Shown: positions 24,431 to 37,061 of the stretch, in pieces
Layout: every line of letters begins with the position of its first letter
How positions within the stretch are numbered: position 1 is the stretch's first letter
NCBI RefSeq assembly: GCF_001194135.2
Contig: NC_068986.1
Span: 5,277,416 to 5,341,415 of the forward strand
Direction: 5' to 3'
Length of the DNA stretch: 64,000 nucleotides
Origin: Octopus bimaculoides
Taxonomy: Eukaryota
Notes under the pieces: generated by a model
Database searches by the model: none
Told to the model about the DNA's origin: nothing
Seen by the model: only the letters and a program-made list of their open reading frames with translations
Program-made: the position numbers and the translations under genes

Positions 24431-26993
24431 GCTAAAACCAAAGTCCTAGTAAGTAGGAAGGTAGACAAGACACAAACCCCTTCAGGTAGATGGCCCTGCT
24501 CGATCTATAGAAAAGGCGTAGGTAGAAACTCCATAAGATGTACCCAGTGTAAGCTATGGACATATAAGAGGTGCAGCAATATCAAAGGAAGGCTAACTAG
24601 CAAGATAGTTTTTGTATGTGGCAGATGCTCAGGAGCAATAAACACTGAAAATGTGCAGAAAACCTTTGCCACACTCCAGGGAGAAAAACTATATGTAGTT
24701 GATAGCTTCCGCTACCTAGGTGACCAAGTTTATAGTGGGGGAGGGTGCACTGAAAGTGTAGCTGCTAGAATAAGAATAGCCTGGACAAAGTTCAGAGAGC
24801 TCTTACCTCTGCTGGTGACAAAGGGCCTCTCATTCAGAGTAAAAGGCAGACTGCATGACGCATGTGTATGAACAGCCATGCTACATGGGCCGTGACTGCT
24901 GAGGACATGTGTAATGTCAGTGTGCATACTCGACAGAGTGTAAGTACCTTGAGAGAAAAGTTGGGCCTAAGAAGCATCAGTTGTGGTGTGCAAGAGAGAC
25001 GATTGCACTGGTATGGACATGTAGCAAGAATGGATGAGGATAGCTGTGTGAAAAAGTGCCAAACCCTAACAGTTGAGGGAACCCGTGGAAGAGGTAGGCC
25101 CAGGAAGACCTGGGATGAGGTGGTGAAGCATGACCTTTGAACTTTAGGCCTCACCGAGGCAATGGCCAGTGACCGGGACCTTTGGAAATATGCAGTACGT
25201 GAGAAGACCCGGTAATGCAAGTGAGAGCATAATCTGTGACCTCTGCCAGAAGTGTAGCCAGCTCACTAATTCATATCTGTAAGAACGACCGTGCGAACCC
25301 AAAAGGAGAAATGGTGACAAATGGAAAAACAAGTTCCTTTATTATAATGCGTTACACGGTCGAACACAAAATATATCAAAATGATAAATATATGTTATAC
25401 TTCGATAACATAGAGAATTCGTAAATGCCAGTAAGGAAGACGATAGGACTCAACCGATAGAGATGAATAACAGTAAGATTTATTGTAGCATTAAATTGTA
25501 TGTCTGTGTGTGAGTGAATGCGACATAATGAAACACAATAAGAGACAGGCCGTCATGTAAACAAAAGAGTGTGTGTGAGTAATACATGTATGTGTATGCG
25601 AGAGATACATAGTATAGAAAAGAGTCAGTAACACGTATAAGAATTTAAGATACCAGTTCTTTGAGTACACAGTGGTTAGTGTCTGTATATAAGAAGTTAA
25701 GGCGTGTGGGGCAGAGCGATCACTAGTTGTGATGTTGTGGCTTCTATGCCAAGCCGGGTTCTTGAGTAGATGTTCTTCGCAGGCTAAATTCTGGCTGTTA
25801 ATTATCGCGGTGAAGAAATCACACAAACTGGGTTAGAAGTGCTGCAGTTAGCTGTTGGTAGCTTGTGTACGTGTAGAGTCATGTTGACGCTGTTGGGGAC
25901 GCTGGTAGTCGTAAGAGTCGGGTTGCTGCTGGCGACGTCAGGGTCGATGCTTGTAGTTCGTAGTTGTACGATGGTGTTGATGTCATCGCTGGAAACTGGT
26001 TGCTGCTGTTTTATGCGTGTGTGGTCAGCGCCGGCCAGATCTAGGATCTGAGGCACGACGAATTTGCTGGGTATAATCTAGGCTATTTATAGCTGAAGGT
26101 AGGCTCCAGAGAAGCATTAGAAAAATACTATCACGTGACCTTATTAGGGGTTACGGTTGGTCAGTTGCGTCCTGAGGCAAATGGGTGGAGATAATTTACC
26201 CGCGCAAAGAAATTGTCAGTCAGGTGATGACAGGGAATGAGTTGCTTTCTACTACGCTCATGTCTGTCAATATTTATAGTGAGAGAAGATGGTTTGTTTG
26301 TGTATAATGGCGATAGAAGTGTTCACTACATATCTTTACTTCATTGGACACTAAAAACCCTGCTTGCGAAGACCTGCTGAGGTAAATGAATTTGGAATTT
26401 GAAATCTGAAATCGAAATTGAACCGAATCCAACAACTGGCACCCATGCCAACCTCTACTTCATTGGACACTAAACTCTGCTTGCGAAGACCTGATGGGGC
26501 AAGTGAAATCGTAATTGAACCATACTCAAATGACTGGCACCTGCGCCAGTGGAGCACTAACAGCACTGTCCGAGCGTGTGCATTGCCAGAGCAGCTGTCT
26601 GGCTTCCATGCTAATAACCCGTAAATAGCACCATTTAAGCATAATCGTTACCAGCATTGCCTTCTAGCACTTGTGCTGGTGGCATGTTAGAAAATCATTC
26701 GAGCGAGGGAACCAGTGCCGCTGGACTGGTTCCCATGCAGGTGGCATGTAAAAAACACGTTTTTGAGCATGGCCATTGCCAGTACCGTGTAACTGGCCCT
26801 CACGCTGGTGGCATGTAAAAGCACCCACTACATTCTTGGAGTGGTTGGCGTTAGGAAGGGCATCCAGCTGTAGAAACTCTGCCAAATCAGATTGGAGCCT
26901 GGTGCAGCCTTTTGGCTTGACAGTCCTCAGTCAAATCGTCCAACCCATGCCAGCATGGAAAGCGGACGTTAAACGATGATGATGATGATGATG
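24431..26993 (+). mobile_element. 5'-truncated RTE-clade LINE (RT C-terminus + 3'UTR + (ATG)n tail), interrupted by a solo LTR
   Basis: KTKVL...VDSFRYLGD...RIRIAW.KFRELLPLL...RRLHWYGHVARM...GRGRPRKTW are RTE RT C-terminal motifs; frameshift near 24870-24900; 3'UTR resumes after 26334. Confidence 0.92.
25278..26330 (-). mobile_element. Solo LTR (1053 bp), probably Ty3/Gypsy-type, nested in the RTE 3'UTR
   Basis: TGTAAG...ACTACA termini, perfect 4-bp TSD TATC (25274-25277 / 26331-26334), minus-strand TATAAATA near 26085-26092, AATAAA near 25479-25484 and 25339-25344. Confidence 0.85.
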
Positions 26994-27539
26994 AACAGTC
27001 TGAGCTGGCGCTCCCAAATCATACAAGTAACAGAATGCATCTCAGTTCCTGAATAGAGTCATCGGTTGGAAAAGAAATCCGACCATTGGTAACACATAAT
27101 CATGTGAAGCATCCTGGTACTGTGAGTATATAAGAAAAGTGTAACGTGTGTGTGTGTGTGTGTGTGTGCGTGCGTGCATGCGTGCGTGTGTGTGTGTGTG
27201 TGTTGCAGAGGTTAAGAGGTTTCCCACAAATAAATTTATGTTAAAAACAAAAACAAGAAAATATATTAAGAACTTTACTATGGACGAAAGCAAGAAATTA
27301 TTTATACTTTTATCAAAATATGCTACTAGTTTCAATCACTTAAAAGACAATTTAGTCATAGGACCCAGGAATATACCAACAAATGGTGAATGCAGTAACA
27401 GGCAACAACAGCACATGCTCCAACATATAAAGAAAGTAGATTTAAGCAAGTTTAATTAAATTAATATTTCATATCAGTTATGGAAGTTCACATGTTTTTA
27501 TACAATAATCACATTGTGCTGATGTTCCATTGCCATCTG

Positions 27540-27950
27540 ATTGTTGCTGAGTCATAGTTTATGGTAGCAGCAGTAGGTGTGGTTGTCTGTAAGGACAGCA
27601 GCAGCAGAAATGTTAATGGCTGTTGTAGTTGTTTTGCAATAGGGTTGGTATTTTTGCCTGGTATTTACTATTTTGCAGGTAGCTTTTGTTTATCAGTTTT
27701 CCTATTTTGGGGCTCTGTAAGAGTATTGATAGGTTTGATTGTATAATGTGGAAAATATTGATTATTCCAGGGTAGTATGCTCAAGGAACAACCCAGACTT
27801 CCAAAAAACAACAGAGCTACACTTCATTAAGAAGTTCTCCCCAAAATTAAACACATGAAAAAAGGCAACATTTAGAAATATGTGAAGGAAAATTCAAAGT
27901 TCCAAAAGGTAATGGAACTATACTTCACAAAAAAAGTCAACAAAAATTAA
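27540..27950. mobile_element. Highly decayed Penelope-like fragments
   Basis: Plus-strand LHFIKKFSPKLNT and QHLEICEGKFKV resemble GIY-YIG C-termini of Penelope-like elements; minus-strand FHIIQSNLSILLQSPKIGKLI resembles the post-RT linker. Confidence 0.4.
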
Positions 27951-28682
27951 CATAACTATATACTTTTTGAAATTCCACCTATGTGAATTCTATATGAATT
28001 TGGTTGTATATATGTTGAAGATGATCTCAAACCATTGCTAAAAACTTTTAACCACATTGTTGTTGGACCACATTGTTGTAGTGAATGTATAGTGCACTCA
28101 AAAATCACTCTTTTGAAAACTAGAATTTCAACCCAAAAAAGTCGACCACATCCATATAGCTATTCTTTAATGAATACAAAAGAACAAGACCTGGAAAAGC
28201 AATTATAATTTTTACTGAAGAAAGTCAAAAACAATATCTGGTTTTTCAATTAAAACCTTGACCAATTCAAATACAAAAGTTCTTTTTCCTTCTCCACCTT
28301 AAAAGGCCACTAAGTACTAAACAAACAAGTCTGAACATACTACTACGAAAGCCATGCCTCTTTACCCCGCCTCCTTCTCAGGAAATTTTTTCGTCTTTCT
28401 TCTCCCTTGCTTGGTAAACCCCACAAATTTTTTGTATATAAAAAGGCCAAGAAATCTAACTTTAAACCACTTTTTTTAAAGAAAACGCTAAAATTGTAAA
28501 TAAAATGTAAATAAAAAATGTATATAATCATCCAACATTCTGACTACTTTATTATTCTAAATATATATGTGCTCAGGTGGGCTGCTGTATCCTTGGCACC
28601 TGTATGAACTTTTGCTACCCTGGTAACTATTTATTTAGTTTTTCCTTGTGGCTTATATATATTGAAAAAATACATGTACATT

Positions 28683-28718
<36 letters not shown>

Positions 28719-28734
28719 AAATTTACAAAAATCA

Positions 28735-29910
28735 AAAGGCAAAGACGTGTGTGTAAACAACAAACAAATGTATTAGTTTAACGCTCAGGAAGTGAGAAAG
28801 TCTTTTACATTTCGAGCCTACACCCTTTGACAGAAAGGAACACAGAAAGAAACAGAGAGAGAAAATAAAAAAAGGTTTAGTGGCTAGCGATCTACCATGG
28901 CGAATGCCGGACAGAGGGGTCACACAGGAGAGCTAGGAAGAAGGGGAGATAATAAAGTAGTCATGATCTCAAAACGGAGGTGCACGTATGTGTGGATGTA
29001 AGATTGTGTATGTGTGTGTGGAAGGGGGCTGATGACATTGACATGTGCATGTGTCCATGTGTAGGTGTGTGGATGATGGTGTAGGTGCTGGGAAGTGGTC
29101 AGTGCTAGTGTGTGCGGGGTGATGTGATGTGGTGTGGTGTGGTATGGTGGTGTTGGGTATGGGGGAAGCGAGAATGGAGNNNNNNNNNNNNNNNNNNNNN
29201 NNNNNNNNNNNNNNNNNNNNNNNNNNNNNNNNNNNNNNNNNNNNNNNNNNNNNNNNNNNNNNNNNNNNNNNNNNNNNNNNNNNNNNNNNNNNNNNNNNNN
29301 NNNNNNNNNNNNNNNNNNNNNNNNNNNNNCCCATACAGCCCCTCCTGGTGAGGGATCATCATGTATAGACTCTTGATGTCAAGAGTGAAGAGAAGTTTAT
29401 AGGGGCCAGGAGGGAAGGAGAAAGAGTTGAACAGATGAAGAGCATGGTTGGTGTCATGGATTTGAGAGAGGAGGGAAGCCACTTGGGGGGCAAGGACATG
29501 GTCAAGATATCTGGAGATGAGTTCGTTGGGACAGTTGCAAGCAGAAACGATGGGGCGGCCAGGGTTGTTAGGTTTGTGGATTTTGGGGAGGAAGTAAATT
29601 GTGGGAGTGCAGACAATGAGGTTAGAAGCAGTGGGGAAGAGATGGGAGGAGGAGATGAGGTCAGGGATAGTGGAGGACACAGTCTGTTGGCAGCTGGGTG
29701 TGGGGTTGGAGGAAAGAGGGCAGTAGAAGGTGTCTTGAAGTTGGCAGAGAGCTTCCGCCTTATAGAGGCCCGCATGCCACACCACCATGGCTCCACCCTT
29801 GTCAGCTGGCGGTTTTATGATGATGTCCATGCGGCGTTGGAGACATTGAAGTGCCGAGAGTTCGGCTAGGGAGATGTTTAGATGTCGGGGATGCTAGGAA
29901 AAGTCAAACC
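28735..29910 (-). mobile_element. Penelope-like element: RT N-terminal fragment plus terminal-repeat-like end (gap 29180-29329)
   Basis: DIIIKP(P)ADKGGAMVVW, YFLPKIHKPNNPGRPIVSA and LFTLDIKSLY.MIPH are diagnostic Penelope-like RT motifs. Confidence 0.92.
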
Positions 29911-29945
29911 GGTCCACAGCACACAGGCAGGCGCCCACAAAAAGA

Positions 29946-30150
29946 TAAGATCGGCTGCTTGGAACTGGCCACATAAATAGCACCTACTACACTCTTGGAG
30001 TGGTTGGCATTAGGAAGGGCATCCAGCTGTAGAAAAATTGCCAGATCAGATTGGAGCCTGATGCAGCCGCTCGTTCTCCAGACCTCAGTCACACCGTCCA
30101 ACTCCATGCCACCATGGAAAAGGGACGTTAAATGATGATGATGATGATGA
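29946..30150 (+). mobile_element. V-domain-like repeat with (ATG)n tail (other copies at about 3744-3860 -, 35900-36063 +, 40880-41172 +, 58780-58950 +, 61860-62010 +, 62585-62850 -)
   Basis: TGGAGTGGTTGGCATTAGGAAGGGCATCCAGCTGTAGAAA...CCATGCCA.CATGGAAA..GGACGTTAAA.GATGATG consensus. Confidence 0.85.
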
Positions 30151-30705
30151 AGGAAAATAGGACAAAGTAGAAAATGCAAAAATAATTTTTTGAAGAATAT
30201 TTTAGTGCTGGTTTCAGTCTGCATGAAAGACAATTAAATTGTGGAAAAATTAAATTAAATGTTTTAAAAATATTTCCATGTTTTTCAAATACATGGTACA
30301 TTTTCCTTTTTTCTGTTTTTCTCTCTTTTTTACTTTTGTGAAGGCTCAGCAGATAGGTAGTGTTTGAAGGAATATTAAATATTCCTTCAGACCTGCTACT
30401 ACTTATTTTCTTTATACATATCAATTCGTGTGTTACTTTTCAACCTTCTACACACACACACACAGCCCGGATAATTATTTATTAATAAACGACATTGCAT
30501 TGATATTGTACTTATTCTCTTATCAACAACAGGACGAACATTTGAATAAAACCAATATGGATTACATAAGAGTATTTAATGGGACAAGTAAAACAAACAA
30601 AAAAATTAAAATTCTGTTGAAGGGAGATAACAGATATTCTCTATAAATGTGAGTAACGAAAGGGTGATGTCAACAAGTCAATATTGGCAAGTTGTTATTT
30701 CTTAA

Positions 30706-30933
30706 ATGATGGCCAATAAATCGAATCCGTTTTTCGATGATGACGAACTCGATGCCGAATTTTTAAAAGGTTCCAGGCACCCAAACAGAAACCAGTTTGG
30801 ATATGACAATGATGAAAGCCCACACCAACTGTTATCGAAAGTAGAAGAATCAGAAATTAGACAACTTGAAAGTACTCGAAATGCTTTAGCATCCATTTAT
30901 GATTCTGAACAAATGGGAATCGCCACTGCTGAA
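30706..30933 (+). CDS. SNAP29: SNAP29 exon 1 (N-terminal NPF motif, start of Qb SNARE helix)
   Basis: MMANKSNPFFDDDE... contains the SNAP29-type NPF motif; ...LASIYDSEQMGIATAE followed by GTGAGT donor. Confidence 0.95.
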
Positions 30934-33011
30934 GTGAGTTTATTACCTCAGTAATTTTACGTGTTTATTCTTTCAGTTGCGCTCACCTTAGATGATAAAA
31001 TAGATTCTGATACATTGATTTTTTTTCTAGGAATCGAAAAATTACCCCTACTTGACAAGGTTCGTACATTTGTCATAAACATGTCTTCGAAACGAGAAGT
31101 ATAAAACAATTCTGAAATCCGGTCAGGACTAAACAAAATTTTATGTAAACAGCTAAACATTTTAATTATAAATCCATACTTGTTTAATTTACAAATATTA
31201 TGACAGATATGTTATTTTGACAACTTTTTTGTCCAGCGTATGTTATTTCTCATTACATCAGTTGTTTCTTGATTCGGTGATATGTAGTAACATGCAACTA
31301 AGCAATAGTGGAATTTCTTCCGGCTGTTCACGTTCTGTGTTTAAATTCCGCCGATGACTTAACTTTTTGATGTTTTAGAGATCGATAAATTAGGTACCAA
31401 TCGAGCACTGAAATTGATGTAATCAACGAACCTCCTCCATCAAAAACCGTTAATCTTGTGTTATTTTAGGTTAAACAACTATTATTTTATGCAGGTGGAG
31501 GTGTCAAAAGAAACCTTATTTAGGCGATCTTGAAGTATAACGTACCATTTATTTTGTCAAACTTTAATGGTTACTATTTTACCTCACGAGATATTTTCGA
31601 AAAATAATAGTCGATTGTCCATATAATTGAACCCTCCCAGTGCTGATACCTGGAAATGGTTTCATTTGCACACACATAACTGACAAACAAATCGACTATT
31701 ATGTTTTTAAATTTAATTTAGTAGGGATTCATCGGCTCAATATTTTTAATATCCGGAGAATATTTCTTATTTTTTACACACACACACACGCAAAGTTGTA
31801 TTAATTAATCTATTAGCAGTTGACTTGTTTTAATCAAATGACTTATGTAACAAGAAGCCAAAAAAAAAACTTGTTTGAACCACCCTATGTAATATTAGGA
31901 CTGGGGTCAAGTGATAGTATTGTTTATATTCTTAGCACTTTAATAGGCCAGACATTTTAAAATGTCATTGTTTACAACATACTGTTCTACTTACTATTAA
32001 TTAATTAGATTGATAGTGTCAAACAACCTTATCTCTACCCTTCTATATCGTTTACATCAATGTTCCAGTTTCTTCTGAAAATAATGCATTAAAAAAGACG
32101 ATAACGTTGACAACTCGACTAATTAATTGCATTACATATTTAGCATAATTTGGAGATCATTTTCTTTTTCCTTTTTATCATTATTAAAAGAAAAAGAACT
32201 CTTCTTATATATAATATTGACCCTCACTAATTCGGTAAATGTAGTGTTAGAATAAGGAGTTTGTCGGATCAATAGCGACCACTTCATCATATCTTTAAAA
32301 TACCCAGTAAAGGGGAAAGAAACGTTAAATAAAAAGAAGGGAAATTTTTAATGAAAAACTAGTAAAATGCAGGATACAGATTCAGTAATTCTGCTGACAT
32401 AGGGCTTACATACTTAAAAACAGGAACTTACAACTAACTAGTTTATATATCACGATGTGAAAGCTGTCAATTCGTTCATCTTATTCATTTGAAAATATAA
32501 CTGAAACGCCAGGAACTGATGATGAAACCAGTTTTGGATGTTTCTTATTATTCATTGTCTTCTTAATACACATCTTTGATGTGCTGTTAGCAAAGAACTA
32601 GAGCAATTCTTTTGTTTCTATATATCATACAATGTCAGAGAGCCAATGTGTAGTTCACATAAGCTTCTCACAATCAGCTGTTCTTTTCAAAAGTTCATGT
32701 TTTTCTCTGATGGACACAATGGATAGTGTTTGTGTGTTTACACAAGAAGCAGATATGCATTTGAACCATGTTTAGAGCTAAATGTGACCCAATTATAATA
32801 ATGAATTCTTATAAAGGCACAAGGGTAAGAACTGTCAATCCTGTTACTCCTACTTCCAAGACTTAGCTGAAACATATTTCATCCATCCTAAAAGATGAAA
32901 TGTAATGTCAGTCTAGCTGGGATTTGAGCTCAAAACAAAGATTGTAACAAAATACTACAAAGCACTTTGGCCACTGGTCTAACAATTCTGTCAATCCACT
33001 ATGGGTTATAA

Positions 33012-33331
33012 CAGGCCTAGCTAACTTGAATTTCATTGCGGGCCACTTTAATTGCAGAAAGTTTTTTGAGGGCCACTTGTATACTGACAGAATTGAAAGC
33101 ATTTTGCTTTCTCATGTTATTATTACAATAATGATTGTTGATTAAACGTGAAATATTATCATTGCAAAAACAGAAGTATCTTTCTTTTTTTACTTTTCAT
33201 TGTAATCTTTAATTTTTGATGAAATTTTAAAAATGTTTAAATAAACCCATTTCAAGAAAGCATCAAGCAGGCCACAAGATAAAAGTCTGCAGGCTGCATG
33301 CAGCCTGTGGGCCTCAGGTTGGCCAGCCTTG
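33012..33331. mobile_element. hAT-type MITE (320 bp) in SNAP29 intron 1
   Basis: Perfect 8-bp TSD GGTTATAA (33004-33011 / 33332-33339); CAGGCC...GCCTTG degenerate TIR (about 12/17). Confidence 0.8.
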
Positions 33332-34799
33332 GGTTATAATAATATATGCAGAAAAACCCAGTAGAAATGATTTTCCTGTGTTTACAAGTTTGCTCCAAAA
33401 ACACATTTGTGATAATTGAATACATACATACATACAGCAAGCAAGCAATTGGACTAGGCTCCCTGTTTGTTTGACAATCACTTTGCAATGCATATTGCAT
33501 GCATTTTATCATAGCACCAGCACTTGATAAATTGCCTTGTCTTTAGCAACACTAAAATATTCTTTCTTCTCTACATTTGTGCTTGTTTATTCAAGGAAGT
33601 ATATCCTCCTAGAGAGTGAATAGGAATGTGCAGACTACAGCAAGAGTGTAGTACAAGGGAATAGAGATAGGTGATAGAGAATACACTATTGGAAAAGACA
33701 GTGATAACTTATCACTGATAAGCAACAACAAGATGGTTGCTGGTAAGCTGAGCCATGGAGTCGGTACATTAAAAACTTTGACTCATTATTTTATTGTTGG
33801 AACTCCCAGTTTCAACTCTTCTTGTAATTAAAATATAAAAGAAATAAGCTATAAAAGAAAATCAGGAATATCTTTGCTTATCACTTCAAAAATCTGAAGT
33901 ACATCAAAGGTGAAACTAAAACACTAAACACTCAAAGTAACTTAAGAAATGACTAATTTAAAAGAAACAAACGTGTTCAGATACATAGCCTTCTCTTTTT
34001 GAGATGAAAGCTTTGTCTTAATGTAAAATTTAAATAAATGTAACATGAAAGATTACATTAAATGAAATAAAAATTATATCATGAAGATAGAAAACATCTT
34101 TTCAAATTGAATAAACAAACATATCTATAGAATAGAGGTTAAATAAAATGACTGGAGCCAAAGCTGGTACATTTGTACTGATTCCAGTCCAACAATTTAA
34201 TAATTACTTCTGACTCTGACTCCTCTGGCCTATTGGTAAGGAGATTAAATAGAAAGGCAGCACAAATGGTATGGTGGTTGAGGGGGCAGTGAGTGAAAGG
34301 AGGGAAGTGGTGGTGGAAGAGGGAGTAATGGCGGTGAGAGAGTGTGTTGGTTATTAATAAAAAAAGGATGTTGGTAAGTGAGTAATTGGATATGAGCCAG
34401 TTCAGTGTTATCCCTCATTATAGAAACAATAGGAGAAAAGTGGAGTAATTAAACAGTGATGATATATTGATAGTTAAATACAGACAGATCCACATCCTAA
34501 CATTCATCATCAACATTTTGTGTTCATTTTGCCATGCATGTGTAGGTAGATCTTCTCAAGCACCACATGTTGCCACATGTCTTAGTTTTTTGTCATTTCC
34601 TTCACAAGATTCAGTCTCTTGAGAGCAGTCTTTGCCAGTTTATCCTGTCTTCCTTGGTCTCCTTCTGTAACAGCTCCCATCATTTGGAACACTTGAACTT
34701 ACTTTGTTCAACTGATATCTTTGATAGGCATTACATGCTCATGCAAACACAGTTTTCTCACTTCCTGTGTTTCTAAGTGGTGAAAATAACTAACAACAA

Positions 34800-35690
34800 C
34801 CTCCTCCAACACTTTCAATCTTTCTCCCTTCTTAGTGACCACTAGTATGATTTTTTTAAAAACCAAATCTCCTGGAGACCTATTTTCATGTTATTCACCA
34901 GTGAGCTCTCATCAACAACAAACTGGTAAAAAGTATTGCTTCATTCAACATCTGCAAGGCTTTTAATTGTGTTTGGCATGAGAATTTTTTTTATAAAAAC
35001 GCCTGCTTGTGGATTCTCTCTGTTTCTCATCTGGATTCACGTCAGCACACACTATTGCAGTGTGTGCTGATCTTTCTGTGATTTTCACTCTATCCTCTCC
35101 AATCTACTTACCAGCACTACCAATATTACTCTCTTCTATGCATTCAAAACTTTCTATTCCCTAAACTCCTAACCCTAACCCTAACCCCATGATTAGTGAC
35201 TTTAATAATTCCCCAGTGAGTTCATCCCCACTTTGTTTCCTTCAGTAGTGTGAAGAGACAATCTTTACACAGGAAGAAAACATGGCACCCACTTTCAACA
35301 AACTTGACAGGAACAGAAGCAGAATCTTCAAGGTTGCTACAAATGCTTGGTCTCACCATCACTGAGGATTTCTCCTGATGAATATGGATATCTCACCATC
35401 ACAAAAAACGGCATTCCTTTTCAGAGCCAGAACAAATATTCACCCTATAATAAGCTCAGGTGCAACGCGAAAGTGCCCTGTTCTTTCGTCTGGAACAGTG
35501 CTACTATTATTCACATAGATATCAGAGACTTCATGAAATCATTCATTAACATTCTCTAACCTCTGCTTCATAGATGTGCTGTCTCATCCTTTTATCTTTT
35601 CCACTGAACTACAATGGTGTCTACTCTTCAGAGCTGGCTGGTTTCGTGCCACCTCCCAATTCACTTCCTTTCTTCTCTCATATTATGTGA
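34800..35690 (+). mobile_element. Decayed CR1/Jockey-group LINE RT fragment
   Basis: FNICKAFNCVWH (cf. DISKAFDRVWH) near 34945-34980; LQMLGLTITEDFS and FSEPEQIFTL (cf. LGLTI..DLSW, FSP.QLL.LY). Confidence 0.6.
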
Positions 35691-36299
35691 CCCTGCACCA
35701 AGCCCCACATTAACCTTGACACTTATCCTCAGGAATTCCCTTCCTTGCACATCTTTCCTGCGTTAGGCGGCTTTGTAAATGCTGAGAAGGAACATAAACT
35801 GTATCAGTTTCCTCAGCCACAAGAAAACCTGTGTAGATCATGGGAATAACCCCTTCCTCCAGACCACGTGAAATCATAATTGTGGCTAGAGCACCCATGC
35901 CAGTGACAAGTAAAAGGCACCCAGTACACTTTGAGGAGTGGTTGGCATTAGAAAGGGCACCCAACCATAGAAACAAAGCCAAAATGGACCAGCACCCAGT
36001 TCCAGTCAAACTGTCTTACCCAGGCTAGCATGGAAAACAGAAGCTAAATAATGATGATGGTGATTAGGTTTCATATCATCTACGGAAAACATTACATTTG
36101 TTGTAAATGTCATTAAACAACTGGGAGTTACTGACTCTAATGTATGAAATAAAATCAAAAGAATTTTGCTTCCTGGGAAGTACTATCCACTTCTACATTA
36201 GAATCTGAGTTTCAGAGAATGCAACAGTTGTTTGTAATTACCTCTGCTCCATAATAAATCATCCCATTACTCCATCTCTTTAGTTCTTTTCCTAGAACC

Positions 36300-36720
36300 A
36301 CCAATGAGGATTGTTGAGGCAACCCTTATATGGAAACTCAATTTGCTAGATTGGATAATATAATCTGCAGTTATCTAGAAAATACGACAGGATTGTCACA
36401 CTTGTTGGGGTTAAACAACATACTGTCACAATGAATATAATCACAAAGTATCTGTATATGACTTTGGTGAAAGCTTTGGGGATTCACCATTAAATATAAT
36501 TGGTTTTGATGAGCCAACAAAATAATATCTATGTGGTTAGCTGACCTACTAGAAATAGCAGCCAATTCTCTTTTAAGCTGTTTTGTATTATTAAAAAAAA
36601 AAAAACGATACATTAGATTATGTTTTAAAAAAATGGGATGGTCACAGCTGACTACAGTAAAGAACAAGGAGGCTATTGTTATGCTGTAATCTTGCCTCTT
36701 CAGGAGTCAGTAAATCAGAA
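36300..36720 (-). mobile_element. Decayed LINE RT C-terminal fragment
   Basis: ORF ending ...CDSMLFNPNKC resembles the W.....M.FN..KC RT motif. Confidence 0.4.
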
Positions 36721-37061
36721 CTCCCAACTAATATTAATCTATTCCCTCTGAACTGTCAATAATTTCTGCTCTTTATTGATGGGACTAATTCAAATATCCA
36801 TTTGTAATAGACTTTAAAGAGTAACTGACATTTATTGAATTAATATAGTCTGTAGCAGTACTGAATTGATATATTCTGTGACAGTATCATGTTGATCATC
36901 AGATACTTATAGAGTTTTCTGGAGTATTTTACCAACCATATTCTACCAATCTTAAAATGAGAACATGAATGTTGAAAACAGTTGCAGAAATTCCAGATCA
37001 TTTTGGCAATGAGTACAGAGATCAAACAACGAGAAATGACTCTAAAAATAATTGAAAAAGT

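Noticed and set aside
25802-26056. Thr/Ser-rich 84-aa ORF and opposite-strand hydrophobic ORF
   Set aside because: Both lie inside the solo LTR; no domain or splice context supports a gene.
32505-32540. CTGATGA followed closely by GAAAC (hammerhead-like)
   Set aside because: No room for stem II and no flanking stems; other CTGATGA hits (35377, 41194, 46540, 63073) also lack the GAAA partner.
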